A stretch of DNA of 64,000 nucleotides from assembly GCA_964016885.1 (NCBI GenBank), contig OZ024740.1, forward strand, positions 355,508,001-355,572,000, given 5' to 3'. The notes under the pieces were generated by a model, which was given only the letters and a program-made list of their open reading frames with translations, was not told the DNA's origin and searched no databases. Both the position numbers and the translations under genes were made by a program. This document shows, piece by piece, positions 1 through 13,589 of the stretch. The stretch comes from Eledone cirrhosa (taxonomy: Eukaryota). The stretch's first letter is position 1; the number at the start of each line of letters is the position of its first letter.

Positions 1-761
1 TTGCAAAAGCGTATCCTTCAAAGTGGGAGCCAATATAGCGGTTGTTGGTCCAAGATAGACTACTTTCCTTATCTATATTACTCTCACTCTGGAGCTTCCT
101 GGCAACATATCCATGCATGATTTTTTGCTGATAAGCATGCATTTTTTCATCCATGGATTCACTGCGATACTGCTGAGCGACTTCTCTGGGTGTGAGTTTT
201 TGATTATCACTCAGGGAATATCTCTCGAGGAGTTCCTTCCCAACTCTCATGATCTTATCTGTTTCATGCAGATAGACTTGCTCGAGAAACGGGCTCCTAC
301 GCTTCGAGGTTCGTAGATATTGTCGGAGGGATATAATGCAACATTCAAATGCTGTCTGGACTGATGTTAGGCTTCTGCCTCCCTGATTACGCTTCAAGTA
401 AAGGCAGTTTATGTCACTGTTGATGTGGAAGTTTCCGGTGTTGTTTAGCATTTTTCGAGTTCCAACATCAACTGCTCGGATTTCGTCTATCGTCCAATTG
501 AGTATTCCATACGTTGGTGTTAGGACAGGCACAGAAAACACTGTGTGAGTCACTGTTTTGTTTTGCGCAGAGAGTTCCAAATCTTTCTTAATCGGGTGTA
601 GTATTCCCTGGTTACGCGTTCCTTATTACAGATACTATTATAGGATATGTTCTCATCTATACCCAGGCATCTGTAGCAGTCCTCATCAGATATCGGTGAA
701 ACAGTTAGGCCATTGATGACAATGTTGCTAGATTGGGTTGTTATTTTTGCCCGCTTTACAG

Positions 762-1424
762 TCATTTATCTTGGCCAAACTCCATTCCTATATCCTTTGA
801 AAACGTTGTAACCAGGTCAAGATTTTTCTTCATCCCATCCATGTTCTTGGCATAGAGTTTCAGATCATCCACAAAGAAATTATGGGTTAGGTTTGTATTG
901 CTGTCCTCCTGTGAGCCAATGATGTATCCTTCACATTTCTTGAGCAGAAAGGACAAGGGGTTTAATGACAAGATGAACAATATCACAGAGATACTGTCTC
1001 CCTGAAATATACCCCTGCGATATTTTATTTTATCAGTGAATATAGAGACCTCCCTCTTTGTCTTTAACCTTAGGATAGTAGCCCAAGAAGAAGACAGCTT
1101 CTCTATGGCTCTGATAATAATGTCTGGGACTTTAGCAAGTTGGAGGGCCTCTATCATCCAAGAGTGGGGAACAGAATCGAAAGCTTTCCTGTAGCCCAGC
1201 CAGACTGTAGCCATATTCCTCCTAAGTTGTCGCACCTCCGACATCGCAGTTATGTTGATTAGGAGTTGTTCAGCACATCCCCAAACCCCTTTCTTTCCAG
1301 CTGCTTGTTCATCTGTGATGAAGATATTATTTTCACAGTGATCTTGGAGGAATAGGTTCAGGCAGGCTGTATACATCTTATACATCAGGTTCTGGCATGC
1401 AATGGGTCGGTAGTTTTTTGCCAA
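762..1424 (-). pseudogene. Reverse transcriptase domain fragment of the R4/Dong element
   Basis: NYRPIAC, EQAAGKKGVWGC, YRKAFDSVPHSW, RGIFQGDSIS, FFVDDLKLY and DIGMEFG motifs. Confidence 0.93.
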
Positions 1425-2414
1425 GTGGCTGTCTTTGTTCTAGGGGACAAGTAATGTTTGTGCTAATGTCAACCATTCTGGTATAAGTGTATCTCCCTAA
1501 GAACTTGTTGGTAGAGGTAAGATATCTCTGATAGAATATTAGTTTTTTGTACCAGTAGCTGACAATCATGTCTCTTCCTGGTTTTTCTTATCTTGGAGTT
1601 TTCCTATCAGAGTCTCAAGGGTACCCTCACTTATTTCGTATGTTTTTGTTGTAGTGTAGAAGCAATAGTTCTTTCGGATTTCTTTTAGCCACACTGTATC
1701 TTGGTTGAAATTCTTCTTTTCACCCCATATTTTGCTCTAAAAGGAATCTATGTCTTTCTGGGATGGGGCCTCAGTGACACTTATTATTTTGCCCTTCATA
1801 TCTCTATAGACTGATGTTTGGTTTCGTCTGAATCTTTTATTAAGCATTTTTCTCTCATCTACCTTCTTCAGGTATCAGTGTTTTTCGCTAACAGCTCTCA
1901 ATTCTTGTTTGAGGGTGATCAGCTTATATTGAAGAGTTCTGGTTCTACTGTTACCAAACATCGTCTCTATTTTATTTTTCACTCTTTGTTGGTGAGGAGT
2001 GAGGTTGTTTTTGTGCTTGTTTGCATGTAAGGAGCATTGTCGCATATCCGATGGTTTTTCGTAGGTCAGCAATCATTTTTTCTACTTTAGTTATATATGA
2101 TGGTATTGTTGGTGTTGTTTTGTTCTTGTTAATATCTTTGCTATCACCAAGATAATGCTTCACTGTCATTTCTAAGGCATATAAACAGGCGTTGATTTGC
2201 CAAAATCTTGGGGTTTTTATCCGTCGTAAATACCCCCCCCCCCCCCCCATTTCATCAATAACACGTAATATTTCATTATCTGTTTTTTTTTTTTTAAATT
2301 AAATATTGTCGTTTTAATACGTTCAGCAAGAGAGATATTTAAACAAATTAATTTCTCTCTGGAAGATTTCGTTGAGAGAAATTTTCAATTGTTTATACTT
2401 TTGATTATTATCAT

Positions 2415-2812
2415 TATCGGCAGTGGATTGGCAGTATCGGTAGAGGGTCGGACGCCATGCTTTCTAGCATAGTTAGGGCTCTTGCCATACTGAGTTCAAA
2501 TCCCGCCGAGGTTGACTTTGCCTTTCATCCTTACGGGGTCGATAAAATAAAGTACCAGTAATGCACTGGGTAATTGCTGGCCTTGTGCCTAAAGTAGAAA
2601 CAATTATTATCATTATCGGCAGTGGATTGGCAGTATCGGTAGAGGGTCGGACGCCATGCTTTCTAGCATAGTTAGGGCTCTTGCCATTCTGAGTTCAAAT
2701 CCCGCCGAGGTTGACTTTGCCTTTCATCCTTACGGGGTCGATAAAATAAAGTACCAGTAATGCATTGGGTAATTGCTGGCCTTGTGCCAAAAGTAGAAAC
2801 AATTATTATCAT
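2415..2812 (+). mobile_element. Head-to-tail dimer of tRNA-derived SINE (family A, about 200 bp units) inserted in the R4 element
   Basis: A box tggcagtatcggtagag, B box gagttcaaatcc, body gcctttcatccttacggggtcgataaaataaagtaccag, tail gtagaaacaattattat; ttatcattatcg occurs before, between and after the two units. Confidence 0.9.
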
Positions 2813-3513
2813 TATCGATAGTATTTTCCACAACAGTCGAGGTAGACTTAGATGGTACACGTGGTGTCAAGTTTCTTACAGGCATAGTTGCTTCAAGGCA
2901 TTGTTCGACCTGGCTGCTAGGAAATCTAGTAGCATGGCGACCTGTAGTACATGTTGTTGATCCCATGTTTGTTGTGGGGGACTCACAATTAATACTATTT
3001 ATCTTATTTTTATGCTCAACAAACGTCGCTTGTTGGCGTAATTGTTTCGCTGTGAAATAATTTAGCTCTGGGTGCATTTCGTCCCAGTGTAGCTTCATTC
3101 TATTCATATAGTCAATGGAGGGATTGTTTTTTGCCATTTTATAACAATTTAATAAATCATCATTAAGTTCGCAACTCCAAGAGAAATGCGATTTATAATT
3201 TCGGTTTCTTCTGTAGCTACAACTGAATAAAGTTTGTTTACCTTTCTCGTTGTTGGTCTTCGATACTTCCTTAATTTTGTTGTTGGTGTTGTGTTCAGCC
3301 ATGCTGTTTGTAGCAAATCCTTGTAAAATGAATTATGTATTTAGTCGGATATCTCTACGAATTCGAATAAAAGGTGTCTTCAGAAGATATAGTTAGAAGA
3401 ATAACCAGTTATTCAACATGACTGTAGTTGTGGCATTAATGTCGGAGATAGTATCCATCTTAAATTAAAAAAATAGTCTCCCACGCCAAAATATGCGACT
3501 GATCGCGTTGACT

Positions 3514-4335
3514 GTGTGTGTATATGTATGTACGTATGTATGTGTGATATATATATGATGTATGAATGTACGTGTGTTTGTGTATATGTATGTGTGTATG
3601 TATGCATGTATGTGTATAGAAGTAGGGTAGTCGATTGCCTTAACCCATAAATAAACCATACTCAGAAAATCAAAGCCAACCCAGGCCAGATATAAACTTA
3701 GTGCCTAAATTTGACTTCAGACACCATCCATGTTTCTGTTAAACCAACCCCTCATATATGTGTTTGTATGTATGCTTTCATATGTTTGTATGTATGTTTG
3801 TATGTATGTATGTGTGTATATATGTATGTGTGTATGTATGTATATATGTTCTTCTGGTTTTATAATTTCACAAATTTTTGCCAATAGAAAGTCGGTTTCT
3901 AACATAGACACAAGACTTGAATTTACACAATATCAACTAGGTAGATATGTATGCATTTCTGCATGCATGTGTGTGCAGGTATGGATGTTATTGTATGTGT
4001 GGATGTGGATGTTTTGAGTTGTATGTGTGCATGTGCATATGCTTTGTATCTGTACAAGTGGACATGCAGTTATTAGATGCAGAACTGTTGGAATGTTTTA
4101 CATATTTTTATGTATGTATGTGTGTATGTATGTATATGCGTGTATTTATGTATGTGAGTATGTTTGCATGTAAGTATGCAAAATATATGCGTGTATGCAT
4201 GTATGTATGTTTGTATGTGTGTGCAGTTATGTATGTATGTTTGTATGTAAGTATGCATGTATGCATGTGTGTGTGCATATTTATGTATGTATATGTGTAT
4301 GTATGTGTATGTGCATGCATTCATATATATATATG
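3514..4335. repeat. Compound (TG)/(TATG) microsatellite tracts
   Basis: Directly visible at 3514-3615, 3755-3848 and 4110-4335. Confidence 0.9.
3848..4110 (-). mobile_element. Extremely 5'-truncated R4/Dong copy (last codons plus 3' UTR)
   Basis: Colinear with 14946-15195; encodes the terminal KICKTFQQFCI*; both junctions fall in (TATG)n. Confidence 0.8.
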
Positions 4336-5029
4336 TGACCTTCTCTAGACAAGATATTAGTATCAACACTTCTTTTCCATTGAAGAGTATAAATATCTTA
4401 TCAAATAACTGCCTTTCATCTTGAAATTATTCTTCTGCTAATTTTCCTAAATCATATTGTCCTATAATCTATTTTGGGAGTGTTGATTAAATATAAAGTT
4501 AAAATGTGTGAATGGAGACAAGTTGTTTCACAAAACAAATTACTTCAGAAAATGCAATAATTATATATTTAAAATATTTTGTTTTCTTATTTAGATAGCA
4601 TGTAGAATTTTGTAGAATAGAAAGAAGTATAGAGAAATAAAATGATCTGCAGCAGACATGTCAAGCATGCAGCCTGCTCAAAGGTTTTTACAGCGCGAGC
4701 ATATTTTATCGTAATATAAAATAAAAAAATTAGTTGTAATGTGCACAATTAATTGTCATGTGTGGCCCTCAGACAACACATATGTGACCCATATGGCCCT
4801 CAGGGGATAAAATCAATGATGTCTTATATGTTTTGAACTTTAAATATAATAAGAGAGTATGCTGGGCTTAAACATCCACTTGCATTCTCTCTTACCAGCT
4901 GGAATGCTGAGATTGGGAATGATCAGCTTTTAACTATTTAGGAACTTGCTTAAGGATTTTCCAAGTCTATCACCATTTTTGCTTGGTTGTGGGTTGGTAT
5001 GTTTTTTATCAACCTTTAAAAGTTGGTTA

Positions 5030-5250
5030 GAATGTTGGACAGGGTGCTGTATTGTGTTCTTGAGCAAAACATTTTATTTCATATTGCTTCAATACACTCA
5101 GCTAAAAGTGAGTACCAGTCATCGCTGGGGAATTAATACTGTGATAGACCAGTGTCCTGTCCAGAGGAAGTCTTGTACTCTCAGTCGCATAACACCAAGG
5201 AAATCAGGGATAAGCACTGGCTTGATGAACCTTCAGTTTCAAGCATACTT
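5030..5250 (+). mobile_element. Old SINE with CORE-like body
   Basis: gtgttcttgagcaaaacattttatttcatattgcttc; its 3' part matches 42995-43145. Confidence 0.55.
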
Positions 5251-7760
5251 TAATTGTTTACTAAAAATAAAAAAGGCCAAGTTGACCTTGGTGGGGTTTG
5301 AATTCTAAATGCAGAGAGCCAGAACAAATACTGCAAAGCATTTAATGCAATGCTTCAACAAATCTGCCAATTTGCTACCTATAATATTGTAGGATAAAAC
5401 TAATTATTGTAATTGATTGATATTAAATATCCATCAAAGGGAATTTAGACCATGTGAAATTCAATAAATCAAATGTAATTTATCTTGAGAGAAAGAAAGA
5501 GTGAGTATTAGCAGCACAATCTCATAGATGCCAACAATAGTCAACCCATTCACATTCTAATTTCATTGATACTATGTCTTGCTTAGCTTGGCAAATTTTC
5601 TTCATTCTTTCTTATTCAAGTCTCATTTATAGTTTTAGAACAGAAAGTATTTACGGAAGACCTATACAACTTTCCATCAAGAAATGTGATATAATCAGTG
5701 TTGTTGCACTCAGAGGCATACTAGGGAAAACAGCACCCATTGCAAGCAGTGAAATTGTGCCCCTGCCCAGCACTGTATTTTTACCTATGGGCCTAATAAT
5801 TTAGAGAAATGGTTTAATGATCCAGCCACCATAGTGTTATCACTCATGATAATCAGAGGCAGATCATACATCTGAAGGAGTTTCTTTTTTCACTCTTTAA
5901 TAGAACGTGCTCCTAGTCCAAGTGGTTCCCCCTTTATGTGGCACCCATGACATGTTCCAAGCTTGCCATACTCTAGTTACACCTCTGGTTGCTCTCAACA
6001 TTAGCAAAACATTCAACTGTAACTGATAAAACTTTCTGCCAATGAGCCTATCCATCTCTTGTCTCTAATATTTCATCTTGCACCATGAAATGCTTATCTT
6101 TCTCATTAGAAAAATCAAACACGTCGGCAATGTTAGTCTAATGAGCTTGTAAGCTATTAAAATCTATTGGACAAAACCAACTGGCATGAGATCTAGGGGT
6201 AGACCCAGAGCAAGATTGTTGGATAACATCCATGAGCACAGCTGGTTTTGCTGGGGGATTCAGCCAGATCAATCGGAAACATTTGCTTCTGACAGGATCT
6301 GTTGGAAGGCCTGCTTGAAAACTCAGCCTTGATGACACTCCCAGGAATAAGTGAGCCAAGAAGAAGAAAAAGAATATACAATAGGCATTAAAAATTGAAT
6401 GGAGCAAGATAGTTATGTCCATAGTGACAACTAAGTAGTTCATAAGTTCATATCAACTTACTAACATGGTTTGTGTTGATAGATCTCTCATCGACCAACA
6501 CTGTCAATTGTGGTATGCTCCAAGGTTATGTTTTGTTTTTTACATTCTTTTTCCTAAAAACCAAAGACCTACTTGTTGTAATATCTAACTATGTCCAGTC
6601 CTATACATAATTTACCATTCTTGATACCAATGACAGAAAGTCATCTAATTTGACCGGCAACCTTGAAACACACTTCCACACTCATGTTACAACAAATTTT
6701 CAAATTTAGCTTAACTCTTAATGTCTAGAACCACATGAAATTGCATTCTTGAAAAGTAAAAAAAATAAAAGCATTATGACTGCATCACATGAAAAGTTAA
6801 AGCCTTTACTCTCAAGTAGTAAAGTTACTATAAATATTAAGCATTTCAATTGACAAATCATTTTTTAGATATTTTCTGCTAGATCTGATAGTTTCTTCCC
6901 TCACACATCTTGCCTATGGAATTGTCTTCCAGCTTCTTGCCTTCCTGATTACTACAATTTGCAAATATTCAAAAGCAATATTAATTGTCATCTTCTCCTT
7001 TCTTGAATTATGTTCACTCTGTCTCTGTCTTGTCCTTTTCCCTTCTCAGTAAACCCTTGGCTTGCATGGGTGAATGAATTTTTAAAAATTCATTATAATA
7101 TGTTATGAGTTAAATAAACAATTAAATACCTAATTCCCATCCTTAGAAAATTTGTGATGACTGTTATCCTATTCTTTGTATTTAAAAAGTGAATTTTTTA
7201 TTAATATGTTAATCTGTGATCCATCAGTTTTACATCTGTAAAATATGAACATTTTAAGCACAAATTATTTAAAGCCACCCAAACCCCTAAACACCTAAAC
7301 CTCTTTACAAATTGGGAGATAATAAAGAAAGAAATATTTTGTTTGAAATCAGGAATATATGTAAGTGAAATGTAGCTCCTGGCAGGTATGAGAGGTCAGA
7401 GACTCTGATTAAGTACTGACTTGATCTGAGAAGACTTATTCAACCTTTGCTAGCAGAGGAAAAAAATGAACGTTAAATGATGATGATGATGATTATGATG
7501 ATGATGACCAGCAGTTCATTCTAAAGTTTTTCTCTCCAAATCTCTTCTCTAACCTCATAAATCCAATTAAGCTGACCTGTTATTTTCAACTTCCTTGTAA
7601 ATGTTTGAAGCTCCTTTATCATGAACATAAGGAACATAGTAATTTAAAAAATTTTTTTTATTGATTTGGTCTGGAGGAAGGGGATGTGCCCATGGCCTTT
7701 ACAGGAATTACATTGACAAGAATGGGATTTCAGAGGGTCACTATGTTAAGGAAGAAGGAC

Positions 7761-7761
<1 letters not shown>

Positions 7762-7803
<42 letters not shown>

Positions 7804-8175
7804 TATCATGATCACCATCATCATCATCATTTCAACATTTGCTTTCCCTGCTAGCTAGAGTTGAACAGGTCTGCATAGACCAAGTCAGTATTGAAGCGGT
7901 GACTACTGATCTCTCAGACAAGCCAGGGATCTGTCATCTCATTTATGTACAGCCTCATATACTAGCGAGTGCACAGGAAAGGTTGTCATATCCTTGATAC
8001 AACTGAAGCGTCCTCCCAACCCTTTGTTTGGTAAGCTTTCTGTGGCTGGATGCCCCTCCTATCACCAACTCCTTTGCAGCATGTACTGAGTGCATTTATC
8101 CTGCAGATCACCAATACTAGGGAGGCTGCCATGTCCTTGATGTGACTGAAAGGTCCTCCTGACCCCTTGTTTAAC
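7762..8175 (-). mobile_element. Non-autonomous retroposon with (GAT)n tail (family C)
   Basis: (CAT)n 7762-7830, then ccctgctagc...gctggatgcccctcctatcaccaac; related copies at 33793-34180 and 59400-60200. Confidence 0.65.
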
Positions 8176-8557
8176 TGTGATTAGTAATAAGTGTGAGGCC
8201 TGGGGTTGTGTATACAATCTGACTAATGAGAAGAAGAAGCAAGAAAAGTGAGTCAAAAGTGGTGGTGGCACAAGATTAGCAAAGACCACTGCAGTAGTAA
8301 CAAAAATAAAAGATGGTAAAGAACCCCTTCAGTCACAAATGAACATGGGTTTTGCACCTAGAAAGGTTCCCTTTGAAGTACAAGCCTGGACAAGGTGTTT
8401 TGTGGAGGACTAGCAGTCCCCCATGCACACCATAGATGTAGAATAAGACATTGTTGAACACTTTGCTAATGTTGAGTGCAACAATACTGATTATACCAAA
8501 TTTCTTGGTCTTCAGTAAATTTTTTCTGTTTGAAACAAATACTCCCAAATAATTCAG

Positions 8558-9735
8558 TACCATATGTACTCCTATATAAGCTGAGAAATATGTGACAAAA
8601 AATATCAATGGTAAAATGAGGAGTTAACTTGTATTCGAGGTCAATATTTTACCAATTTTCACCAACTTAGAATTCTACGTAAATAAGATCATGATCATCA
8701 TCATCATTTAACATCTATTTTTCCAGGCTTGTATGAGACAAGTTAGTCTAATATTAAAAATCATTGGATTGGCAGTATCGGTAGAGAGTCGGACGCCATG
8801 CTTTGATGTATAGAGTTACGGCCTTTGCCATTATGAGTTCAAATCCCGCCGAGGTTAACTTTGCCTTTCATCCTTATGGGGTCGATAAAATAAAGTACCA
8901 GTAATACACTGGGATAATTGCTGGCCTTGTGCCAAAAGTAGAAACAATTATTAGAATTATTATTAAGGCCAGTGGATTTGTGAAATTTTTAAAGCGTCAG
9001 AGAAAATACTTTGTAGTTCATTAAATTCTGAGCTCAAATACAGTTGGGTTGAATCTATATTTTGGCTTGGTTTCTACAGCTGGATACCCTTCCTAATGCC
9101 AACCACATTACAGTGTGGCCTGGTTACAGGTGGTAAAATATTTTTGCTTTAGAGGTGAGTATCACACCAGTTTCACTTTAAGTGTGAAATTCGTGTTTTG
9201 TATTGTTTTAAATGTATTGTCAAAATGGTCGGAAATTATTCGTTTTTTTAGTTAACTGAATGAGGGAGCATGCTGGCATGAGATGTGTGTAACTAAAAAC
9301 CTAACTAACACTAAAATATTTGTATGATGTTAAATTGCTTCCAATTCTTTTAAGGTATGCATTTCATCTGCTGCGTAAATTATGAATATAAATTTTGTTA
9401 TATTTGGGAGATGGTGCTATTGTTGTCTGCTAAAAAATAAAACAGAAATTCAAGAAACTTGTTAAAATTTTATAAAACATGAAATGGTAAAATATTTTTC
9501 TAAAACAGATAAAATGGTAAAAAATTGATGATGTAATTGAGTTGTAAACAACACTTAAAACATTTAAAATATGAAAATATTGATACTTTATAAATATATT
9601 TTCCACTTATGAGAATTTTAAAACCGCAACATCTAAACATGTGTTAGGGTTATGGTTTTTTTTGCCCATTTCTCAGACACAAAATAAGGTGTTTGACTAA
9701 TATTCGGATCATCTTATATTTGAGCATATACAGTA
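8558..9735. mobile_element. Tc1/pogo (Tigger-like) non-autonomous DNA transposon, interrupted by SINEs
   Basis: Ends taccatatgtactcctatataagctga and tcatcttatatttgagcatatacagta; 8560-8690 is the reverse complement of 25290-25413. Confidence 0.6.
8765..8952 (+). mobile_element. SINE family A
   Basis: Near-identical to the unit at 2415. Confidence 0.88.
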
Positions 9736-10477
9736 TATTTATTATACTTGAACTTTGTAGGAATGAAGTATAACCAATTGAACCAACACCAGCACATTAC
9801 TGATATTTATTTTATCAACTATGGAGGAATAAAAAAACCAAGTCAACTTCGGTGAGATTTGAACTGAGACTGTAAAAGAATGTAACTAAATACCACATCG
9901 CATATATTCTAGCACTCTACTAGTTCTGTACATAAACTGCTTTGATTTTTGCCAATATTGATTTCCAAGCATTATTACATTGATTGCTCGAATTAGGGAT
10001 ATTTATATTTAGTTGTTCACTAAAATAACTTTAATGTGAAACCTAATTACTGTTAGACATTTCTTATCAAACTTACATCATTGGTCAATTGATTTTTAAT
10101 ATCTATAAAGATTATACACAAACTAAATTGAAGAACATGGTCATAACTATCTCAAAGCTGTTTTAAAATTCCCACACAACACAAATTCAATCTTTCTTTT
10201 TCACAGGTTGGTTCCATTCAGCTCAGCTACACCTCTTTACCAAACTGTCAGCCTTCATATACAACTGTACCAGGTCAACATCACCTCATTTGTTTAGAGG
10301 CATTAAATGTCTATGTTTTGCTACCATGCAGCATCTGCTCACTGAATATTTGTTAACCCATTCTTACTGTATCAACTATACATTTCTAACACAGTCCTCC
10401 ATTGCTAATTAGGTTATCTAGTATTGGAAGCTATCATCTACTTTTAGAGAACTCTCTACCACAACAATAGGCCCAAT

Positions 10478-10625
10478 GATCATTGGGTGAAGGAGTGCCA
10501 GGTGCTTTCAATGGAAGGAAGCTGTAGTAGAGGAAGACCAAGGAAAATTTGGGCAGATTTCAAAACACTGAATCTCACAGTGGATATAACAAAGGAATGC
10601 AATATATGGAAGGAGGCTGCTGAAA
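10478..10625 (+). mobile_element. RTE-clade LINE 3' end fragment
   Basis: Translates as HWVKEC...MEGSCSRGRPRKIW...LNLTVDITKECNIWK, a typical RTE C-terminus. Confidence 0.65.
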
Positions 10626-10750
10626 AAAAAACGGATTTAAAAACGATAATGATCATGATGCTTACTACTGAAAAACTGAGATCATCAGGAATGAGTAGGT
10701 GATGAGTGGAAAGTTTGTTTTGTCCTGCCTTCGATTTGAATTTTAAATTT

Positions 10751-10860
10751 AATAATTGTTTCTACTTTTGGCACAAGGCCAGCAATTACCCAGTGTATTA
10801 CTGGTACTTTATTTTATCGACACCGTAAGGATGAAAGGCAAAGTTAACCTCGGCGGGATT
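10751..10860 (-). mobile_element. SINE family A, 3' part
   Basis: Reverse complement of the family A body and tail. Confidence 0.8.
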
Positions 10861-11035
10861 TTTGCTGTGTCACCATCACAACCATTTTATAGTGTGGGCT
10901 GGAGGCTTTACTAGATGAATGCTTCAGCTTGTCCTCATGGGAGATGTATGGGAGGTTGAGGTGGAGCTGGTGCATACTATATATATATGCTTCAGCTTCA
11001 GCCTGTGCCCATGGAAAGGTGGGTATATATATATA

Positions 11036-11468
11036 GGCGCATGGCTTAGTGGTTAGAGCATTGGGCTTGCAATCAAAAGGTTGTGAGTTCAATACTTGGA
11101 CCGGGTGATGTGTTGTTTCCTTGAGCAAGACACTTTATTTCACATTGCTCCAATTTACTCAGCTGTAGAAATGAGATGATAGGACTGGGGTCCTTATCAT
11201 TCCGCTGCAAAGTGGTTGTGGAGGTGCTACAGTAGGAGGGCACCCAGCCCACACTGTGGAGTGGACCTGTAGGCACCACGGAAAAAAAGCACCCAGCACT
11301 CACTGTAAATGAGGTTGGTGTTAGGAAGGGCATCCAGCTGTAGAAATCAAGCCAGAATCAGTTCCCGTATGAGCAAGACAATGTCAGCCAACTGGACACT
11401 GCCCACAACAGGATAACCCGTCTAACCCATGCTAGCGTGGAAGAACGGATGTAGAACGGTGATGATGA
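11036..11468 (+). mobile_element. Composite SINE (family B): tRNA-like head, CORE-like body, RTE-like 3' part with (GAT)n tail
   Basis: A box tggcttagtggttagag, B box gagttcaata, ccttgagcaagacactttatttcac, gttaggaagggcatccagctgtagaaa, tail cggtgatgatga; preceded by (TA)n. Confidence 0.8.
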
Positions 11469-11978
11469 CCCTTATGGAATTTCAGGAGTAAAAAATAATA
11501 TCATATATTGGTTAGCCCTTTCAGTTTTTGTCTACTAAATTTGAATTGCAGTATATTGGTTAACCAGAGGCTACAGTAGAAGATACATATCAAAATTGCT
11601 GCATGTTGGATTTGAACACAGAACCACATTATCATGAAGTGAACTTCTTAGCCACATGCTTATTCTTGCACTATGGTAATTTTGCTAACTAGAACATAAC
11701 ACCTATGAAAGTGATTTAAAAAAAAAAAAGCAACAGTTTTGGAGTGTCACATTTCATTCTTTGAAAATCCTTTGTACATGAGACCTCAAGAGACTAACTA
11801 GCCTAGCTAATCTCATCTTTATCCTATATGCATCAACAAATATTGTTTCAGTTCAAAAATTAATAATTTCTTTCAGTTTCCTTTTCTCTTTCAGTTCAAC
11901 ACTTTTATCATATCTATATCTATGTTTGTCTATATATATACATATATCTATATATCTATATATATATATATATATATA

Positions 11979-12562
11979 TCAGAAGACTACTGAAGAGGAC
12001 ATTTTAACCCTTGTCTATTTTTATTCATATATTCATGTTCGCAACAACACAGCACGCAATTTTTCATTCACATAATTTTTCCCTTCTCTGTGGTTCGTAT
12101 ATTTTCTGTTACCTTATTGCTATCACCCCTTCTCTCTCCTTCACCTCTTGCCTTCCTCAACTCCTGCTGCTGGTCACTCACTCTCGGCTGGTCCTTCCTC
12201 CCACTTTCACTCCCTCCCTCTCTGCTTCTCCCCCCTCTCACTTCCTCCCATCTGACCTGCTTGAATTTCTTTCCTCTCTTAATCTTCTCGCAGCTCGGAC
12301 GTGTCTATTTCTCCTCGTCAATTTGATATGTCGGGCTTATGCCCACGTGATTCATTGACTTATCTCTATTTTTCCTCTCTTTTCGTTGCATACCACCATG
12401 TGTTTGTTTTCTTCCCTCCGTTTTCCCACTGTCCCGATAACTTAATTGAGTTATCGCTCGCACTGATTTTAGGTATCTAGTCGTTAATGCGTCGAAATAC
12501 CAACGTTAAATCAGAAGACTACTGAAGAGGACATTTTAACCCATGTCTATTTTTATTCATAT
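11979..12562 (+). mobile_element. ORF-less element with about 53-bp direct terminal repeats in (TA)n, probably Penelope-derived
   Basis: tcagaagactactgaagaggacattttaaccc(t/a)tgtctatttttattcatat at 11979 and 12511; (TA)n on both flanks. Confidence 0.6.
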
Positions 12563-12597
12563 ATATATGTATATATATATACATATATATATATATG

Positions 12598-12880
12598 GTG
12601 AAGGTGCATGATGCGTTGTGTCCTTGAGCAAGACACTTTATTTCACGTTGTTACAGTTTACTCAGCTGTAGAAATGAGTTGCGATGTCACTGGTGCCAAG
12701 CTGTATCGGCCATTGCCTTATCCTTGGACCTCATCGGTGGCGTGGAGAGGGGAGGCTGGTATGCATGGGCGACTATTGGTCTTCCACAAACAACCTTGCC
12801 TGGACTTGTGCCTCGGAGGAAAACTTTCTAGGTGCAAATCCCATGGTCATTCGTGACCGAAGGGGGGGGGTCTTTACCCT
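12598..12880 (+). mobile_element. SINE with CORE-like body (family B variant)
   Basis: gttgtgtccttgagcaagacactttatttcacg...ctaggtgcaaatcccatggtc; the reverse complement of the same family is at 60270-60590. Confidence 0.75.
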
Positions 12881-12956
12881 TTTTATATATATACATATAT
12901 ATATATATACATATATATATATACATATATATATATACACACATGTATATATTGTA

Positions 12957-13300
12957 TCATCATCATTCATCATTTCATTTTACGTCCGCTTTGCCCTGCT
13001 TGCAAGGGTGGGACGGGAACTGATTCTGGCATGATTTCTACAGCTGGATGCCCTTCCTAACACCAACCTCATTTACAGTGAGTGCTGGGTGCTTTTTTGC
13101 CGTGGCACCTCCACGACCACTTTGCAGTGGAATGATAGGGACCCCAGTCCCTATCATCTCATTTCTACAGCTGAGTAAACTGGAGCAATGTGAAATAAAG
13201 TCTCTTGCTCAAGGAAACAACACATCACCCGGTCTGAGAATTGAACTCACAACCTTTCGATTGCAAGGCCAATGCTCTAACCACTAAGCCATGTGCCTCC
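12957..13300 (-). mobile_element. Composite SINE family B
   Basis: Reverse complement of the 11036 element. Confidence 0.8.
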
Positions 13301-13344
<44 letters not shown>

Positions 13345-13589
13345 TAGGTTTACATATACATAAACTAGATAGAGCCATAGATATAGATATATATGTGTTT
13401 TTGGCAACCATTCACGGTGTGGCTCAATGACGAAGTATATATTTTATCAAATGATTCTATGGACTTACTTTCTTATATATATATATATAATTTCTTTCAG
13501 TTTCCTTTTCTCTTTCAGTTCAGCACTTTTATCATATCTATATCTATGTTTGTCTATATATATGTGTATATATATATATACACATATAT

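Larger units (their letters stand above)
1..3513 (-). mobile_element. Decayed R4/Dong-clade (RLE-type) non-LTR retrotransposon, 5' UTR through RT; 3' part continues left of the window
   Basis: N-terminal R4-type domain in ORF 2730-3302 (FSWSCELNDDLLNCYKMA...YMNRMKLHWDEMHP...TAKQLRQQA), RT in 762-1424, post-RT YRCLGIDE...EYYTRLRKIW in 550-765. Frameshifts, stops and a SINE dimer interrupt it. The 5' end abuts a TG/TATG microsatellite at about 3513. Confidence 0.9.

Noticed and set aside
3413-4369. Overlapping Tyr/His/Val-rich ORFs
   Set aside because: Microsatellite translations; only the terminal KICKTF codons belong to the R4 remnant.
5574-6443. ORFs 5574-5804 and 6138-6443
   Set aside because: No recognisable motifs; probably old LINE debris that I cannot classify.
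11036-11110. tRNA genes at SINE heads
   Set aside because: A/B boxes are present but there is no complete cloverleaf, and each continues into a SINE body.
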